DNA of 63,955 bases, filler included, from Intoshia linei (Eukaryota; Animalia; Orthonectida), in NCBI GenBank assembly GCA_001642005.1. It is 12 parts of 12 records of this genome, joined end to end, with 100 filler letters (N's around TTAATTAATTAA, not from the genome) between each part and the next. Parts side by side here need not be neighbours in the genome. Positions count along the whole stretch, not along the records: positions 57,571 to 60,954 come from LWCA01002095.1; positions 61,055 to 62,590 come from LWCA01002581.1; positions 62,691 to 63,955 come from LWCA01002702.1; 9 more parts are not named here. One strand, given 5' to 3'. The position numbers were made by a program, and so were the translations under genes. Shown in pieces: positions 58,078-63,955 of the stretch. Under the pieces are notes generated by a model that did no database searches, had not been told where the DNA came from, and saw nothing but the letters and a program-made list of their open reading frames with translations. Position 1 is the first letter of the stretch. Every line of letters begins with the position of its first letter.

Positions 58078-59967
58078 AATGGCGAGTTATAGAATAAAAT
58101 GTTAATATTTTCATATTACAGTAATAATCGTATGGCGAGATACACAATTGGCGATATTACTGTATATATATAAACTATACAAATAAGTGCTTAAAGCAGT
58201 GGTTCTTAACCGGGCTGCATAATCAATTTTTGGGGTTTATAGAGCTATTTTCAGTATTTTTAATTACATTACTAAAATAATAGTTAAAAATTAATTATAT
58301 TCGTGTCGCAAAACAACGAGATTTTAGAATTTAATCAAAAATAATTATCTCTTACCTCTAACCCCATTCCTTATCATTATATCCTATATTATATCATATC
58401 CCTATCAACCCCGATTCAGCGATATTCAGTATGTTTAATCCTATTAACAGGGGTGGCAACAGCTGGCAAATTTATTTAAAATTTTAAATTATAAATTTAG
58501 AATTTTTGCGAACCACAAAATTATACCACCATGGTTGATCCGCTTTATCAACAAAAATTACTTTATTATCGCAAAATTCGCAATTTGTAAATAAGTTGTT
58601 AAATTTGTAACATTTGAATCGATTTAATTAAACTTTTTAATGTGTTCAAGTAAATTATTACTGTGGTTAATGGGTTAACATGAAAAACAATACCTTGTTT
58701 TACAAAAATTTCGTATGTCTACTCATAAAGGTGGGTATATGTTAGGGGTGTGTAATGTTCGAACGTTTTATTAAACATTTTTAAGTTTAGTTTTATTAAC
58801 ATTAACATGGTATCAATGTGAACATGAAAATTTACCTCGTATAAGTAACAAATATTTGTTATCAATAATTAATGGATGAAGTCTAGTTAAAAACATTTTT
58901 CGAGTGAATTAATCACACCAACATTGATAGCGATGGTTAATTTTACAAAAAATATCATTTACAAGGTTTTGAGGGTGGTTAAATTTATAAAAAACAATTT
59001 CGGTGTTTATCAGTAATTTTAGAATGTGAAACATAAATATTGACATAAATCACATTTACATTTTTATTAGCAATTTTTCAATGTAGAATAAATCGTATTT
59101 TTAACATTTACCAGGGTATTGAGGGCTATCCTAATTATCCAACGTTAATTAATGAAACTAATCAAACTACAAAGCATTACATTATGCATTTATTTAATTC
59201 ATTTTATAAATTTATGATTTTAAAATCCGTATCAGAGTGTACATTTTTTGAAATTCTTGAACTCGTTTGATTTAAAAAAAAAAAAAAAATTGGGCTTTTT
59301 GACCCGTAAGATGTGAGTTTGAGAGGTTAAAATTTATTTTGTTAACACCTGGAAAGAACTGTAATTGAAATGTAGACTAATGTAATTTATAAAATTTTAA
59401 GACTGGTAGTTATTGACACACAGACAAAACATATTGTATAAAAAAGGATATTAATGATGCGAAATTTTTGTATTAAATCATTTAAAAAATCAAAAATTTG
59501 ATATAAATCAGAGGTGGCCAAATTGTGACCCGCGATGGTTTACTAACAAAATGCAATAAATGTTTGAAAATTTGGAATACGTATTAGTTAATCACACCCA
59601 AGTCATTTTGGCTGTTGAATTTGATTGATTATAACAGTGTTTCCCAACCTTTTATTTTCCAGTGCCCCTGTATAAAATTTTGAAATGATAGCGCTCCCTA
59701 TTAAAACTGAATACAATCGATTGTACTGTTTTTACTTTATTTTTAAGATTATATACACATTCTGTCTAGTGTTGATAACCGGTTAAAATTAAATAATTAT
59801 AAAATAAATTAAAATTTTTTATTCTGCATTACTAAAAAATAAATAAACACAAGATTTTTCTATAATATCAATCATAACATCATACACGTTCTGATATTTT
59901 CACATAAAATTTCCTGTAAGACATTATTATGCTTCTTTTATTTAAATTTAAATTATTATTTTACATT

Positions 59968-60620
59968 ATGAAAAGAAATTCTATTGTTTGGCAATATTTC
60001 TAATCAACGAAAATCAACGGTGAAGCCACATGTACTGCGTGTTCCAAAAAAAATTAAATGTGGTGGTGGTTCTACCTCATCTTTATCATACCATTTAAAG
60101 GTTATACATAGTATTACTCGTGACAATAAAAATTTAAATCAACCAATGATAGATAATTATTTAGCAAAAAGATCTATAGATAAGATGTTGCGCGACTAGC
60201 TAGTAAAAATGGATTAAGCTTTAATGTTATAGCCAAGAGTTCATTAATTCAGGAATCTTTTTGCTGACAAAAAATAACTATTACAAAAATATTTTAAAGA
60301 ATAAAAGAGAATTGGGCACTAGGTATTTTCTAACCCTAGATGAGTACATTTCCATTAAAAACAAACGCTACATAAACATACATGTTCATGAGAAAGAAAA
60401 ACATTGGATCTTATGAAATTACATAGATCCATTTGTAGTACTAAACTGATTGAAATACTTTCCAAAAAATTAAAAGAATTCAATATTTATCTAAATAAAC
60501 ACATAGTTGGATGTACAACAGATGGAGCGTCAGCTATGGTTAAATTTGGAAAAAATATTGAACTTAACCAAATCTGTATAGATCACACAATATATTTTGC
60601 GATAAGTGATACACTATGAA
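59968..60620 (+). mobile_element. hAT transposase relic with a BED finger
   Basis: SIVWQYF..ATCTACSKKIKCGGGSTSSLSYHLKVIH; TLDEYISIKNKRYINIHVH; IVGCTTDGASAMVKFGK..CIDHTIYFAISD. Confidence 0.85.
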
Positions 60621-61733
60621 ATGAAAAAGTTGTGAAAAATAAATCAAAAAATAAAAATTATACCTTTTCATTAAATGAATAAATAAATGTAAAAACGGAA
60701 CTTTGTAAAACTCTTTACCCAAGTTGAGAAATAATTATTATGAATAATAGTAATACTACCGCTATTACAATATTTTAGTGTGATTTTTCTGATAACAATA
60801 TGACCCAATCAGGAATTTCATGGGTGGCTAGGTGTTTTATTTTCGATTTATTCTTAATTCAAAACATTGCTATTTACCTTTTTAATATACTAATTAAGAC
60901 TAATTAACTTAATTAAATATAATAAAGATAATTATTTCACACACCACCTGTGAGNNNNNNNNNNNNNNNNNNNNNNNNNNNNNNNNNNNNNNNNNNNNTT
61001 AATTAATTAANNNNNNNNNNNNNNNNNNNNNNNNNNNNNNNNNNNNNNNNNNNNTTTTTAATTATAATTGAAAGTTCCTGTAACTTTAAATGATTAATAG
61101 TATCTAAGATAAGCGAATAATGTAGTAATTCATGACCATATTCTTGACTCCGTTTGAAGATGGTGGTAATTTATCATATTTACTTTTCTGAACTTGAAGG
61201 TTTGTTTGTATAAAATTGCTTTTAAGCTATTAAGTTAAAAGAAAATTCATCCATAGCGGCTAGTTTTGAAATCTCTTCTTCCATAGATTTCTTAATTAAA
61301 AAATTTTCTAACGTTCTTGCTATTATCACAGGAGGTTGATTCTTATCTTCATTTATGTCTATTTGATGAAGACCCTTTGTGCATTGAACGTTATCTTTGT
61401 TCTTTCGAATGAAAAATTTTCACACATTTGATTTTTTTTAACATGTTAGAGCTCAAAAGTAAAAGGGAAAACTATAAAAATTATCTTACATAAAAATCAC
61501 GAAAGTGATCATATCAATAAAGAGAATATTGATATTAAAAGATGATAACAAATGTAATTTTATTCTAAATAAACCATTGTAAATCTTATATTGACTTACC
61601 TAAGAGAATCTAAAATCGAAAGGCGGATATAAAAAATAAAATATTAAAACAAATATTACAAATTACAAATAATAAATTCTTATAAATATAAATATCAAAA
61701 GTATATCAATAGATAAGAAGATATCAAAGATAA

Positions 61734-61955
61734 TCAATAAAGACCGTCCAAATTGAATTTATTTTTATTCGAGAATATCACAGAATTCCAATTTGTACCC
61801 AAATCCACGTATTTTCTGGCAAAAAAAATACTATTTTCAATATGATGTTTTGAAAGGATCGGAGCATGATGTCGTTTACTCCATTGAAGGTGGGAACAAT
61901 TACTTATTACCTGTTGAACCGTACGGAGCTTCACGTCTAATTCTAAATCGCTATA
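61734..61955 (-). mobile_element. Tc1/Tc3-like transposase fragment
   Basis: LELDVKLRTVQQVI..APILSKHHIENSIFFARKYVDLGTNWNSVIFSNKNKFNLDG; same family as 11670-11919. Confidence 0.85.
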
Positions 61956-63456
61956 AACAATAAAATCCCAATCATGTTCAAACCAGTCTCGACGGTTTTG
62001 GTACCAGTTCGTATAACAATTTATATTATTTATATACTATTACAAGAAAAAGACGTAGTGTATATTGGTAGGCTTGAAGATAAATTTGGATACTTATTCC
62101 ATTTTTTTGCGGTAGTAAGGTACTAATCTAGGAGTTAAAATAAAAAAAACAAAAATAACAATCATTAGTATGATTTTTAGGAATAGAGCAGATACGTGGA
62201 GTTTTAAAGTGTAACGTCTCTGGCTTTTTAAAATACATATATCATACACTACAAATATGTGATGGGGTCCAAATATTTTTTACGTTCGTATGCAATGAGA
62301 ATTTAATTCTTCATATCATACATTTTCTTCAATGTGACAAGTAAATGCTGCATATGTAACAATACTTTGATGCGTTTTCGTAATTACACATGTCGTTTAT
62401 AAGTTATCTATGATTATGATATTAATGATAACAAAATATCACTAATAATAAATATTTATTTACAGAGTTTGTCATTAATATAAATTTTAATGAAAATATT
62501 AAGAAATTAAAGTGAATGACGATAGCATAAATTGTGTTACACACATTTATTTCTACAATGTAATAAATTTTAATTCTCCTGTCTTCGAAANNNNNNNNNN
62601 NNNNNNNNNNNNNNNNNNNNNNNNNNNNNNNNNNTTAATTAATTAANNNNNNNNNNNNNNNNNNNNNNNNNNNNNNNNNNNNNNNNNNNNTAAATATATT
62701 TGTACTTATTTTTAACGTTATATATATTTTTTTTGAGATCTAACCAGATTTTCATTCCTAAAACAGTATAAGGTACACATTTTGGGGTACATGGTATATA
62801 TCAAAATGTTCTATTTTCAAAAAAAACCAATTTTTTATCTACAGTATACATCGTAAATTTTACATCAGATTATGTTATATAATTATATACACTTGACATT
62901 AATGTTTTATTTTTTTTGAAATTATATTTTTAAAGGGTCACAATATTGAATTTTACATCAACTTGAATATAACTTAATTATATAAATTTCCTTATATATA
63001 CACTTTAAAAATGAAATATCTCAAGATTACGATCTAATCAGATAGAATCACAAACATCATTCGAATCCTGACAGTGTTATCTAAGCCATAAACTAAATTT
63101 CGTTCTGCCCTTTTTCCGAAATGTTTCCGAAAATGTTGTACCGTGTTATTAGAATAGATTTATTTCCATAAAAGTTTTATGATAAAACGTAATAATTTCA
63201 TCAATTAATGTAAACAAATGAATTATTGTTTTCCTACCCCTAATAATTTAATTAATTTTGTAAATAATTTTGTCAAATATGAACCATTTGACCTTCAAAT
63301 ATACTAATGTGATATAAAACGTTAAACTACATACTAATATAAATAAGGCTTATGATATTATTACGATTTTATAAGCACAAACAAAAGTGTATGCACGTAG
63401 AAAACATATATCAACAAACGTAAACGAAAAACATTAGTACATTATAATGTACATAC

Positions 63457-63833
63457 TCAATATAAGTAAATATAAACAGTAAGGGTTACCCATAATTGAA
63501 TAAATCCAAATGGATCACCAAACATTTTTTTAGCATAATAAATGTCTCCTCCAGAATAAGGCATAATGATGGATAATTCAGCATATAGTAAAGCTCCAAG
63601 GATAGACAACACACCAGATATAATCCATATAACAATTGACATTCCAACCTTAAATAATTAAATGGATTTATCAATCGTAAAATAAAAAATATTACAGAAT
63701 TTACACTAGATACTATACTTTTTGGTGTAATAAAAATACCGGATCCGATAATACAACCCATAATCATAAAAACACTGGCCCAAAGGCCCAGTTTTTTAGA
63801 ATCGTTTTCAGAACTAGTCGTTGAGTTGTTCAT
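63457..63833 (-). CDS. SLC7 (LAT/y+LAT-type) amino-acid transporter, first two exons
   Basis: ATG at 63833. KKLGLWASVFMIMGCIIGSGIFITPKSIV..NS | 47-nt intron | VGMSIVIWIISGVLSILGALLYAELSIIMPYSGGDIYYAKKMFGDPFGFIQLW. Downstream exons were not found. Confidence 0.9.
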
Positions 63834-63955
63834 AAAAAATAATTTGTGAATTGGCCAAAATAAAATTTTGAATGATATCCAAATCAAACACTACAATGTT
63901 TATTTAACTTTAAAACGCATTGATTTTAAATATGGAAATTATGAAACAAAATTAA

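Noticed and set aside
61060-61400. Possible Gypsy pre-RT segment on the minus strand (CTKGLHQIDI..MEEEISKLAAM)
   Set aside because: No RT catalytic motif visible; too weak to list as a feature.
61960-62020. Minus-strand WYQNRR resembling homeodomain helix 3
   Set aside because: No helix 1/2 residues or splice context, and it abuts a Tc1 relic; probably chance.

Overview
AT-rich eukaryotic (metazoan-type) genomic DNA with short GT-AG introns (several 36-66 nt). It is assembled as about 12 contigs joined by 100-nt N44-TTAATTAATTAA-N44 spacers. The style suggests a reduced invertebrate parasite such as the orthonectid Intoshia, but this is an unverified inference. Host genes read from the sequence: an intact selenoprotein GPx4/PHGPx-like gene (in-frame UGA plus 3'UTR SECIS) head-to-head with a disabled paralogue that keeps its UGA and a GUGA-type SECIS; SEC23; TMEM38/TRIC; STIL; a type I membrane protein; a head-to-head TAF1B/Rrn7-like pair; a UBE2J2-like pseudogene; partial glycerol kinase and SLC7 transporter genes; and CYP and HMG-box fragments. 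The first ~480 nt are a decayed virga-like (+)ssRNA virus RdRp (endogenous viral element). Two further intronless foreign-looking ORF relics lie antisense inside introns of GPx and SEC23. The rest is mostly decayed transposons (Harbinger, hAT/Buster, Tc1/mariner, pogo, piggyBac, Gypsy, Helitron-like, MITEs). All gene models were assembled by hand and family calls come from recalled motifs; no searches were run.
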